Assembly (NCBI RefSeq): GCF_021028975.2
Contig: NC_059425.1
Coordinates: forward strand, 56,172,001 to 56,236,000
DNA from: Sphaerodactylus townsendi
Taxonomy: Eukaryota
DNA length: 64,000 bases
Reading direction: 5' to 3'
Shown here: piece by piece, positions 51,128-62,520 of the stretch
Layout of the letters: every line of letters begins with the position of its first letter
Numbering within the stretch: the first letter of the stretch is position 1
The notes under the pieces: generated by a model
Database searches by the model: none
Told to the model about the DNA's origin: nothing
What the model saw: the letters and a program-made list of their open reading frames with translations, nothing else
Program-made: the position numbers and the translations under genes

Positions 51128-51147
51128 TCATCCAAAGATTGCATTAT
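51128..51147 (-). CDS. SPATA45: SPATA45 last coding exon (20 coding nt)
   Basis: aactcttgcag|ATAATGCAATCTTTGGATGA gives (N)NAIFG*, the recalled SPATA45 C-terminus; phase 1 matches the donor at 53881. Confidence 0.9.
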
Positions 51148-51398
51148 CTGCAAGAGTTAAAAAAACATTAAAATCACAAAAGTGTCAGGGGGATGTTATC
51201 TGGGTGATTGAGATGCATTCCTAACTCTGTGTAACTGATTGAAATAACAAACCAATGCTGCTCAAGAGATATATGTAACCAGTCTGCTATATGTAACCAC
51301 TGCCATCTGTGCATTCTTTCTTTGATCTTTACTTTGTGGCTTCATACACTTTGTAGGAATCTAGGCTACCCCTGGCACCTCTGTCCCATAAGAAAATA

Positions 51399-51696
51399 GA
51401 GTTTGGAAGAGTTTGGCTTTATATCCTCCTTTCCTGTAAGGAGATTCAAAGGGGCTTACAATCTCTTTTCCCTTTTCCCTCCCCCTCAACAAACACCTAT
51501 GAAGTGGGTGGGGCTGAGAGAGCTCTGAAAAACTGTGACTAGCCCAAGGTCACCCAGCTGGCATGTGTTGGAGTGCACAAGGTAATCTAATTCACCAGAT
51601 AAGCCTCCACAGCTCAAGTGGCAGAGCGGGGAATCAAACCTGGATCTCCAGATTAGAGTGCACCTGCTCTTAACCACTACACCATGGTGGTTCTCC
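51399..51696 (-). mobile_element. tRNA-derived SINE (Squam3-like)
   Basis: Reverse-complement homolog of 29663-29965. Confidence 0.85.
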
Positions 51697-52121
51697 ATTA
51701 CATCCATTCTCTCATGTGGCAGGAAGCCAGGTTGCTCTCTCACTATCTGCTGCTGACACTGGGGCAGCTCGGCTCCACAGGCTGTTTTTCATGAATTTTT
51801 GGGAAACCGGGAGGTGGGCTTTCAGTGGGGAACAAAGGGGACCGTGAATGCCAGTTTTGCCAGAACTGGCTTTGCCAAGTATGGTGCTTTGATACCTCAT
51901 CAATAAAAGCTGCTGATCAATACTTCAGAGTCTGTTTATTGGCTTAAAGTTCCGAGACCTAACAAAAAGGTAGTTATAAACAAATACTTTCTTTGTCATT
52001 ATTTGGTCCAAGAAACACCACTTCCTACTTTATGGGGAAAGTGTGCCATTTGAAATATTTAAGCTGAGGTTTGCAGCTTCTAAAAACAGTTATTTAATCC
52101 AGAGCTTAGTAGGTTTACATG

Positions 52122-52228
52122 CAGTGGTGGTATTCCAATAATTTAACAACCAGTTCCGGTGGTGGGATTCAATCATTTTAACAACCGATTCTGTCGAAGT
52201 GGTGTGAACCTGCTGAATCCCACCACTG
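52122..52228. mobile_element. hAT MITE (107 bp)
   Basis: TIR CAGTGGTGG / CCACCACTG; perfect 8-bp TSD TTTACATG. Confidence 0.88.
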
Positions 52229-53171
52229 TTTACATGGATATCTAGTCTGATGCTTTGGTGCCTTCAGAGCCACCAGTCTACTCAATGGAGTAATAGCTCT
52301 TTCATTGGGAAGAGATGGGGGAGAAAGATCTATCCCTTTCATCTTCACCCTACTCCTACAACAAGAGGGATATTCCTTGACTTGTCCTTTACAAAGAAAC
52401 AAGGGGCTGGCATCCATTCATACTAAACTATCTGCATGTAGAGGAAATCCTGCTCACGTAACTATCTGATCTATTTGTTTTGGGGGGATTTCCCCTCCAT
52501 CTTTGCAAGTACATTAAGAAAATCATATTCTCTCCCACATTCCTGGTATATTGAAAAAAAATTTTTTTTCTTCAATCTGGCCCCATTTTTTAGTTTTCAT
52601 TATTTGCACAGGGACTATGACTTCACGGCTAGCAAGTATGAAAGAAGCATCATCTATAGTAGAAATCTAAACCATTTGCTCATGGGAATGGGGACCTTAA
52701 GAATGTGGCTTGTTGCTTTACTTCCATACTAGGCATTTGCATAGAAATTAGTTTTCAAATTACTTCTCAAAGTAATCCTTCCAATATTCTTAAAAAGGGT
52801 AGATTGCAGCTGTCGTTTGTAGCCAAGGATTTGCCCCTTCAAGTAGACTAATCCACATAATGGAGCCAGCCAGGGCTATAATCAAGCCATGGGGAAACTG
52901 GACAAAGTTTAGCATTTTTCCTTGTATTTGAGAGCAAGGGCTAAAATAAAGTGGATGCTGCCAGCCTGATATTCTGATTTACAAATGGAGGCTAATTTGA
53001 GCCAAGCCTTGCTAGGGATCAGTCCCTACTTGCTACGACAAGGCTCAACCATGGAATTAGTTGAAGTCATACTGAAGATAATGCCCCTTATTATGTGCAG
53101 AATGTCATTTCTTATCTATTGCCTAATGATAGGTCTCTATTTATCTGGGATTAATGGGAAATACTTCTTCC

Positions 53172-53317
53172 CAGTGGTGGCGAACCTTTGGCACTCCAGA
53201 TGTTATGGACCACAATTCCCATCAGCCCCTGCCAGCATGGGCAATTAGCCATGCTGGCAGGGGCTGATGGGAATTGTAGTCCATAACATCTGGAGTGCCA
53301 AAGGTTCGCCACCATGG
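53172..53317. mobile_element. Palindromic hAT MITE, near-identical to 1615-1760
   Basis: Same length and nearly the same sequence; TSD not preserved. Confidence 0.85.
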
Positions 53318-53393
53318 TTCTAGGCTGTCGTTCCCTTTCAAGCAGGTTAGTGTCCCATCCCAGCCTGTCTGAAGTATATTTTCTTTTCTTTTT

Positions 53394-53590
53394 TGCCGTA
53401 AAGCGGCAGTTGACTTATGGCAACCCTATAGGGTTTTCAAGGCAAGAGACATTCAGAAGTGGTTTGCTGTTGCCTGCCTCTGCATAGCAACCCTGATATT
53501 CCTTGATGGTCTTCCATCCAAAGACTGACCAAAGATGACCTTGTTTATCTTCTGAGACCAGATGAGATTGGGCTACCCAGATCAGGACAC
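53394..53590 (-). mobile_element. 5S-derived SINE, second copy
   Basis: Reverse-complement homolog of 9654-9858. Confidence 0.7.
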
Positions 53591-53881
53591 ATTAAGCATT
53601 AGGTATAGCTATTAATATTAACTGGAGCCCATGAGACTGCGTCAGAGAACGAATAACATTGGCCGAAATCCCCAACAGTCTCATCGCACGGACATAACAG
53701 AAAGATAAGAGAAAGAAGGGGGAAGGGAGAACATGAGAAAAAACAGAGCAGTGGCTGGTGGGAGGAGGGCAACAGTTCCAGGCTGGCTCCAGCTTGATTA
53801 TCCCCCTGAAACTGACTTATAATTTTAAAAACCCTCCAGATTTATTTTGCTCAATTCACAATGCAATGGGTACAAACTTAC

Positions 53882-54122
53882 TTCTTTCTGGAAAATGTCT
53901 CCTTTCTTTATGATGAGGAGGGGCAATTGTTATCCAGGAAGTTCTGTCAGTCTCACATTTCTCCTCGTCGTCTCTTACTTTCTCTACAGAACTGCGATTA
54001 GACTGAGGAAAGTGTCTTCTTTGAGGTCGCAGCCAGCTCACTTCACTTTTTCCTTCCGGCAGACACTTGGTATCCCTTAACTTATTATATTCAATTAAGA
54101 GTTTTTTATTATCTGCAGCCAT
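53882..54122 (-). CDS. SPATA45: SPATA45 (spermatogenesis-associated 45) first coding exon
   Basis: MAADNKKLLIEYNKLRDTKCLPE...LRPQRRHFP...RTSW...HKERRHFPER|gtaagt; two RHFP motifs; syntenic position between TATDN3 and FLVCR1; acceptor ttaaacag upstream at 54158-54160. Confidence 0.9.
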
Positions 54123-55384
54123 TGTGGTCAGAATTCTCCTTACAGTGTGTGAAATTCCTGTTTAAAAAGTCAAACAGGTCTCATATATTGCTTTCCATCA
54201 CTGATGGAAACAGATACCTGGTTGCTGTGGAAATTAAATCTAAGGTCTACTTGCAACCAAAGATAGTAAAATTGATCCATACCTCACTTTTCCCCGATTC
54301 CAGTCAGCAACAATGCTCTTTGAATCTATATGTAACAATGGCTTAACCCTGGTCCTACCGCTGGAATAAATTTTCCACCCCAGTTGCACTTGTCCCAACC
54401 TCCTTCTCTCATTTGGCTTCATCTTATCATATTTTCCCTGCCCCATAAGAACTGGGATCCCCGACCCCTTATCAGCCCCCATAGTGGCCAGTCTCTCCTA
54501 GGCTCTTGTCCTCACTAATTCTCAACTAGGTTGACACAAAATCAGTGGCTACATGGCCATTACCTAATGAGCCAAACTCTAGCACACCCACTGAACTAAT
54601 CATAACTACTGCTAACCCTTATTTATCTCTCCCCTCCCCTCTTAGTGTAGAAAATTCCTTTGACAACCTAATAATACAATATTGAATAACTTTTTGAGGG
54701 CTAAACTGACCCAAACTTACAGCTATCTTAACAAGACTAACTAACTAATTACAGTATGGAGCTATAATAAACTATGGCAAGCAGGTTCAGGTTGTATTGC
54801 TTGGAGTGGGCATCTTAGCCCTGCTCCAATTCTATTGTTATCTTAGATCCCCAGCCCCATTTAAATTCCTGCATCATACAGGATCTGTTTCCTAAATATA
54901 TATAAATATATTAGGGACTCACCTAGCAGTGGCAGGTGAAGAGCAGCTCCATAGTCTGGTGTTTGGCCATGGAGAGGCAGAGGAGGGGGAAGAATGGCTA
55001 GTGGGGAGAGGGGCCACCCACAGGCAGGCACCAAATGAGCTTGGCTGCCTACACACACAGGGATCATGCCACCTTCCTGGCACCTGTCTTGAACCCTGCA
55101 GCAACAGCCCAACTCACTGCCTCACTTATGCATAGTGCAGCTGGCCCCCAGTGAGGTGCCTCCGAGCCTGGGGAAGGCAGGAGGTTGGCCAGTCATGGCA
55201 GCAGCTGCTCAAAAGGCTGAACGAATCAAGCAGGTGGGCGAAGGGGCAGCAGGCAGCATGGGGCTGGGGTGCACAGGCCTCCTGGTGAGGAAGGGAGGGG
55301 GCAGGTGGCCAAAATCCCAACGTGACCCAGACGAATGGCACCTGGGTGAAATGACCCTCCTGCCCCCAAGTGGCTAAAGAACCA

Positions 55385-55840
55385 GGGATATTTCAGTTTG
55401 GAAAAGAGACAAATGCAGGGACATGATGGAACTTTATATAATTATACATGGAACAGAGAGAGAGAAAAAGAGAGAACTTCTTCCAGAATACTAGAATTTG
55501 GGTCACCCAATGAAGCTGATGGGCAATATGATCCAGATAGATAAAAAGAAATAATTCTTTACCGAATGAGTAGCTAAATTGTGGAAGTCATTCCTATTAG
55601 ACACAGTGACAGCCACTATCATGGATGGCTTTTAAAAGGCCTTCAGATTCACAGAGGACAGGCCCATCAATGGCCATAGTAAATAACAGCTCAGAAATAT
55701 AGATTCAGAGACAGCAAAACCTGAATACCAATGCTTGGAGGAGACATCAGGGAAGGCCTTGGCCTGTACACTTTGTTTTATGTCCCATCAGGACATCTGT
55801 GAAACAGGTGGTGTAAGCTAGCTTGGCCCTTCTTATGTTA
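55385..55840 (+). mobile_element. Old CR1-clade LINE 3' fragment
   Basis: Degenerate FSLEKR..RGDM...TR.GHPMKL...FF..RV.KLW pattern plus 3' tail. Confidence 0.7.
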
Positions 55841-56939
55841 AATAGCAGCTAAAAAAGCAGCAAGAACAGGGGGTGGAGGGCACTGTAATAAGTAATGACT
55901 CAGATGAATGAGATACACTAGTGCCAAATGGATAACAAAGGTTGTATCAAGTTAACATTTTTCAGAAGTTCCATAAATGAGGCTTTCTCTTCAGTAGGCC
56001 CTAAACTAGTGTCCAAAAAGGGTAATCTGATAAAGAGCCCCAAGAAAGATCTCAATGGATGGGCATGTTCATATGAGAGAATACAGCCCTTCCAATATAC
56101 CAGAATAGTGGTACTCATGACATGGCTTGTGGACAGCCACATTTACTTCCATCCTTTGAATAAAGCCTGTACCTCATGAAGGCTCACAGCTTACCCATTT
56201 CTCTGGCAGTTTTTTTCCAAGGTAGGAATCACCTGCCAACCACAAGGCCCACCAAGCAACGACCTTTCCACACTGGGGAATGGTGCTCAGAACAACCACA
56301 TATCACAGAGCCACAAGTGGTTCCTGAGCCACTGAATGCCATTGCACTCAACCAAGATGAACATAACGCATACCTTTAAAATGTCTTTCTCCTCTGATAC
56401 AATACAGCTGGAGATTAAAGCTTTTCATAATCGTTCAACCTTTAAGCAACACATACTTATGTCCTGTAGTGCCCTATTTTCCAAAAAAGAGGAGCAGTAA
56501 ACAATATTCCTTAGTTAATTTCAATACCTGGGGAAATACAGTTTGACAAGAACCTTTAGAGGTTCCAAAGGGCTTAGCAACTGGCAATTCAAATGGGGCC
56601 AGCTGGAACTCTTGCCCAGAAGGGCATCTGATTGGCCACTGAAGAGCTGATTGACTATGCAGAATAAAATACTGAAGTTTCAGCAGTAACTACTGTCACA
56701 TTCCCACAATGCATATGTGTATTGTCACATGAGTGTTGTGTGTTTGTCTGCATGTGAAAGATTGTTTCTTCTTTTTTCCCAAGCCTCTTAGTAACCAGTC
56801 TTACCATGGTATGCTGGTAAGGCTGTCTCTGAGCAAGTACAAGGTTGAGGATCCCTGTCATAAAACATAGTCAAGTAAGAAAGGCCTTTCTCATTCAAGT
56901 AGGGCCCCCCACAGTAGAATCTAAGCAGTTACTGGGTTT

Positions 56940-57162
56940 AGGGTTGCCAGCTCCAGGTGGGGCCTGGCATTTTTTTGGAATTACAACTGATTTCAAGATT
57001 ACAGAGATCAGTTTTCTCTAGAGGAAAGGACATTTTCACAGGATGGACTACGTGGTATTATATCTGTGGTGAGGTCTCTCCCCTTCTCAAACTTTATCCA
57101 CAAGCAAATTTGCAGGAACTTTCCAATTTGCAGGAACTTCCCAATTTGGAGCTGTCAACCCT
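56940..57162. mobile_element. MITE with AGGGTTGCCA termini
   Basis: Homolog of 48243-48437; internal 18-bp tandem duplication. Confidence 0.7.
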
Positions 57163-57397
57163 AATAATCCTGAAGCAGACGATTTTAGTGGGTTTATATG
57201 GCTGTATCTTTGCACTGTGAATCATACAAAGGGCCTTGACTATGACCTCTAATGTATTTTGTTCTCCCCCCCCCCCCACACACACATTTTTTCCTTTGTT
57301 TCTGTTTGAATTCTGGGGAACTTAGAAGTTGTATATGACTTTTGCTTTTGAATAAAAGGAAGGAAAGCAGTATTTTAAAACATTTAAAGCCATTCAT

Positions 57398-57740
57398 GTG
57401 TCCAGACCTCACTCCCTGGCTCAAGCTGTATGTTGCTTGCCAGAGGTAAAAATTAAAGATATTGTAATCCAGGACCCAAAAGTGGTCAAACCTACAGATC
57501 ATTACCCATTTGTGATGGTCCATGTGGGAATTAATGACATGGCCATGAACACCATTGAAAGCATGAAGGGTATGAAGCTCTTGGGAGTAAGCTGAAGGAA
57601 ATGGGTGTACAGGAGGTATTCTCTTCAATCCTTCCTTTCAGAGGAAAGGAAATGTGATGGAAACAGAAGATATTGGAGGTGAACAACTGGCTGCAATGGT
57701 GGTACCACCAGGTGCGATTTGGATTCTGGCATGGTGGGAA
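57398..57740 (+). mobile_element. CR1 ORF1 esterase (SGNH-like) fragment
   Basis: VCCLPEVKIKD...KPTDHYPFVMVHVGIND, then after a frameshift KLKEMGVQEVFSSILP. Confidence 0.85.
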
Positions 57741-59379
57741 TGTTGGCCAGATTTGAGGATACTTAAATGCAGTAACTGGAGCTGTGAACAGGCAAGACAG
57801 ATTTTTCTACAAACCTGAAAAGTGTCTCGTTTGCAAAAAAAAAATCTGAAATGTAAAAAAAAGATAAAAAGAGCATCTGTAGATTTAACAGACTGATTCT
57901 CTCAGTGTCTGTTACTAGGCAACCACAGTATTACAGGCTGGGGAAGGGGCAGGATCCTTTCCAGGGTTGTTTTGTCCTTTGAGAGCAGACTCATTGAGGC
58001 CAGGCCTGGCTACCTTTGCCCATGCCAGGTTGGAAAATTCCTAGAGACTTTGGGGTGAAATCTGAGGAGGGCAGAGTTTGGAGAGGGAACTCAGCAAGAT
58101 GTAACTGAATCCATTCTCCAAAATCAGTTGCAATTCTGGGAGATGTCCAATCTTACCTGGAGGCTGGCTACCAAAGGCCTCTCAGCAACCATTGAGTGAC
58201 TTGATACCACCTGACCTGCATGATTCAAACTGCTTGCTATTGTTCAACAGTAACAACTGTATGAAAGCCAGTGTGGTGAAGTGGTTAGAACTAGCAAGGA
58301 AAAGAGGAAACAGACTCAACCCTGACTCAGTATACACTACTTACAGAAGAGAAAGGTGGTGTATAAATCCCAACTCTTCTTGTTGATACAAAATTAAAAT
58401 CAAACAAATATTTATTATAAGTTGTATACAGATAGGTTAATAAAAACCTCTCAGTTCTGGAATACAAACTGCTAGCTGTAGAAAACATGTAACAATACAA
58501 CATATATAGCTATTGTCAATATCCAGTCACTAACTAAGACCATTCCTATTTCAGCCTCAAAGGCCTTCCTCAGTTGTCAAAAGCAAACTATTTTCTACTA
58601 CATACCTACAGAATAAATTTTAATCAGAGTCTGTTGCTGTTATCTCTTACATTGGGTTGTATGATGTAGACATATAAGCCAGGCCATTAATTCCTTCACG
58701 TGGTTCCTGCACTCACACAATAATCCTCATAGATGCTATAATCTGATGTAAAATTTCCCAAGTTTCTGGAAATCAGCTAGGGATCTGCAACCCCCAGACG
58801 TCTTGAATGCCCAAAGCTTACCACACCCACTGACAACACTGAAAGGGAGAGGAGGCAGGAAGACAAAGAACTGGACTGTCTCACAGTGGTGGGTGTCTAA
58901 ACCAGAGGAAGGAGGGAAATTAGCAAGACTAAGGAAGGTTACTTAGAAGTTTAGATCTCCCAGTACATAGCACTTTACATCTTTCAGCATCTCCTCAGGA
59001 ATATTTAACTCCTCCTCCTCTTTGATCCCTGACTAAAAGCTGAAGAATCTGCCTTACCAAGAGCTGCACCTCCCCTTTGAGGCCAGGGGTCTCCCTCTGC
59101 CTACCAGCAGCATAATCGAGGGAAAGGAGCATGAACGCTGCGAACAAGCCACCTGTGCTGGCAAATGAGCCTCCTCCACTTCCTAGCAGCAAATGGGGGA
59201 CAAGAGGTGAAAGGTACCATCTCTTCCGGGCAACTCCACTGTAGAAGGAGCCATCTCTTCCGGGCAATTGAGCCTGTCCCAACTCTTGCAGCTGCCCCTT
59301 CTCTGCCCTCCGCCTGGGCACCTGCCTCCCCCCCCCCAAAAAAAATGGCCCTGTTCTTGAACACATGAGAATTAAATGC

Positions 59380-59900
59380 GTAACAGGACTGAGCCGATAA
59401 TTGCGCACAGACCAAGGAGACAGACTGAGCCTTCCGCCACGTGCCCCCCAGAGAGAAAAAAATAAATAAACCAAGATCCCCTTCTTCCCCTCCCCCCACC
59501 TCCGGTTTCCTGATGCGCAGCCGAGTCCTCCCGTGATTGGATGAGAGACAGCGCGCGGATCCTTTCGCGCATCACATTGGCTGAGAAAATAGCCCAGGCA
59601 TGAGCCGAGTGGTCACCTGGACGCATGCGAAAGCCGGCTGCTGTCATCACCACCACCGGAGAGAGCCTGAGAAGCGCGTGTCGGGGTTCCACGGCCGTTT
59701 CCTTTGTCTCTTCTTCCAACCCCACCGCTGCTGAATTTGGCACTGGGGAGGGAGCAGCGGCCGCTCATTAACAGATGCGGGGGTGGAACTAATGGGCGTG
59801 TGAGGCTGCGGTGGGGGGATGCTGAATTTCTCTTGGGAGGGGAGCGCCGGGGGTGGCACCGGTGAAGTCTGGGGTGGCCTTAAGTGGAAGTGGGATAGCA
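59380..59900. promoter_or_regulatory. CpG-rich FLVCR1 promoter region
   Basis: CpG cluster upstream of the FLVCR1 ATG; inverted CCAAT boxes (59536-59540, 59576-59580); NRF1-like ACGCATGCGA (59621-59630). Confidence 0.75.
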
Positions 59901-60112
59901 CCAAGCGGAAAGGGCTACTGGGTTTGGAGGGACGCAGGCTATCCTAAAGGGGGTAGTGCCTGGTGTGGGGGACAGTGATTCAGGAGTCATTCTCGGTGTG
60001 GGTAGTAGAGTTAGAGTGGAAGCCAGATTGCAGCAGAACTTTCTGGGCAATTAAGCATCTGAACTGTGGAGGCAAGGCAGAAAGTGACGTGAAGACTAAT
60101 CCGGGTGTGGCC

Positions 60113-60820
60113 ATGGGTGGGGAGGGTGCTGACATGGTGGAGGCTGGGGAAGGTGTTGAGGAGGAAGAGGGTGATGAAATAGTGGAGGTAGTACCACAGC
60201 CGCTACCCCTTCAGCTGAATGGATACATCCTGGTTAGTGAGCCAGCACCCAGCAGCAGCTCCACACCTCTGATAGCAGTGACTGATGTGGAGGTTGGGGA
60301 AAGTTCTGCTCCTTTTCTTAATCTTGAAGAGCTCCCGGAGACTGAGGCTATGCTGTCCTCTACATCTGAGCCAAAGGTGACACCTCGGCTGTCCAAGCGC
60401 AGGCTGGTGGTGCTGGCTGTGTTCAGTTTGTACTCCTTGGTGAATGCCTTTCAGTGGATCCAATACAGTATATTGAGCAATGTCTTTGAAGTATACTATG
60501 GAGTGTCCTTTGTCCAGATAAACTGGCTTTCCATGGTCTATATGATCGTATATGTGCCCCTCATCTTCCCAGCCACTTGGCTGCTTGACATTCGGGGACT
60601 CCGACTCATTGCCTTGCTGGGATCTGGACTCAACAGTTTGGGTGCCTGGATTAAGTGTGCTAGCGTCCAGCGGAACCTGTATCCAGTCACTTTGCTGGGC
60701 CAAATTATCTGCTCCATAGCACAAGTCTTTATTTTGGGGCTGCCATCTCACATTGCCTCTGTCTGGTTTGGGCCCAAGGAAGTTTCCACTGCCTGTGCTG
60801 TAGCTGTGCTGGGCAATCAG
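60113..60820 (+). CDS. FLVCR1: FLVCR1 (SLC49A1, MFS choline/ethanolamine transporter) exon 1
   Basis: GCCATGG Kozak; [29 protein letters not shown]...[19 protein letters not shown]|gtgagt; synteny. An alternative in-frame ATG lies at 60134. Confidence 0.93.
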
Positions 60821-61637
60821 GTGAGTGGTGAAGAACAGAATGGATGATAGTTGGATTGGGAGGGTTGAGGAGGGTGAGGGAAGGATTGCTGTGTCCTTAT
60901 GTGTTTTGTGGCCAGAATATGTTTGCTAATCAGCTTCATTTGTAGGCAAGATAGGGATGTTTAGTTTTTAAAAAGGAATTGGCAGTTTCCTAGATTTCTC
61001 GATGTTATTTTGTGAGATTTGGTGGCAGTAGTCCTACTCACCTTATTTCCTTGTGTTTATCTCTTCTGATTGTTGGAGTTTCATGCTAACCTATGGAACT
61101 TCATCTGAAACATTTTAGAAATAACACTGAAAAAAAAACCAGAAGACTGGGCTGAAGCTAGAAATGATTCCATGTCTCTTGCCTTTTGTTTGAAAACCAA
61201 ATCTAATACTTTGCAATTGAATTTGTCTTGTTTTCATTAATTTATCTGAGAAAGACTGCTCAGTATTTTGGACCTTCAATTGCAGGGTTTTCATTATTTT
61301 AGAGCTGGTAAAATAGGGATGCTGTTACAGTTCAAAAGGCTGGTCAAATATCCAGAGAGAGAGAGAGAGAGAGAGTGACTGGGCAAAATCATGCTTATGT
61401 GAGGCTTCATTTGTCAGTCTTAAGTTCCCAGATAAAACTGGCACCCACATCTCCTTCATCAGTGTTCTGAGTGTACAATTTCATTTTAATTTGGCAAAAT
61501 GTCCTCTATGTAAACGTTGTGAGTTCAGACAAATTACTCTACAGGAGAACATTTTTCCCCTTATTTTGTTATCATGTTACCATGCTCTGAAAAACTTGTT
61601 CTTGTGCAGGTGTGCATTTGTGTTTTTGTTTTTACAG

Positions 61638-61782
61638 CTAGGCACAGCGATCGGCTTCCTCTTGCCACCTGTTTTAGTTCCAAACACAGAAGGTAACTTT
61701 GATCTCATGGGACGTAACATTAGCATCATGTTCTATGGCACAGCAGCGGTATCAACACTCCTGTTTCTACTAGCAGCTATTG
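61638..61782 (+). CDS. FLVCR1: FLVCR1 exon 2 (145 nt); gene continues beyond the window
   Basis: ttttacag|[48 protein letters not shown]|gtatgt. Confidence 0.94.
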
Positions 61783-62310
61783 GTATGTAAACTTAACTCG
61801 TAAAGAGTTTGAATGTGGTGCAAGGAATGATAAGAGCACAAATTGTGGATGGGCTTGTTAAAATATAGCGTTCTACCAGACAAATGTGAAGTCCAATTCT
61901 ACCACAATTTCACACGTAGCAATAAGAATCCTAGTCTTATACAAACTGTGCTAGGGTGTTTTTTTGGTGGAGGTGGTAATATTGTATTTAGTAGGGAATG
62001 CATATTGAAAATCATGTGCAATAGAATTTCTCAAACTCTGTTTTAAAGCCAGTAAACTAGTGGCTGTCACAAATCCTGTGTTAATTCCACAAGTCAGCTG
62101 TCTTTTATATTGTTGTTCTTGTATAAAAATCCTCATGGAGCTGGATCTTGTGCACAGACAGTGCTGGAGAAGAAAAGCTAAAACCTGAATTGAAAATGAG
62201 ATCTTTCTCTGAGGGGGCAGCTAGAGGCATTGCTGGCACTTCTAGGAAGTTCAGGAGGGACAGAGTTTCTCCACTTCTCATCAAGCCCCTTTCAGCTGCC
62301 TGTAGGTGAA

Positions 62311-62520
62311 AGGGGAAGGTCCATGGCACAGTGATAGAGCCTCTGCTTTGCATGGTGAAAGTCTCTGGTTGATCCCCATTTCCAGCTGAAAGGAGCAGGC
62401 AGTAGGTGATGTGAAAGACGTTCACCTGAGATCCTGAAGAACTCTTGCCAGTCACAGTAATAGGCAGTAGTGACCTTGACAGGCTAATGATCTGATTCAA
62501 TAAAAGGCAGTTTCATGTGT
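62311..62520 (+). mobile_element. tRNA-derived SINE
   Basis: A-box-like TGGCACAGTGATAGAG, B-box-like GGTTGATCCCC; homolog at 42140. Confidence 0.65.

Noticed and set aside
59963-60112. GTG-initiated FLVCR1 extension
   Set aside because: No homology or start-context support; ATG 60113 has a strong Kozak sequence.
60203-60751. 182-aa antisense ORF
   Set aside because: Shadow of the FLVCR1 coding strand with no independent evidence.
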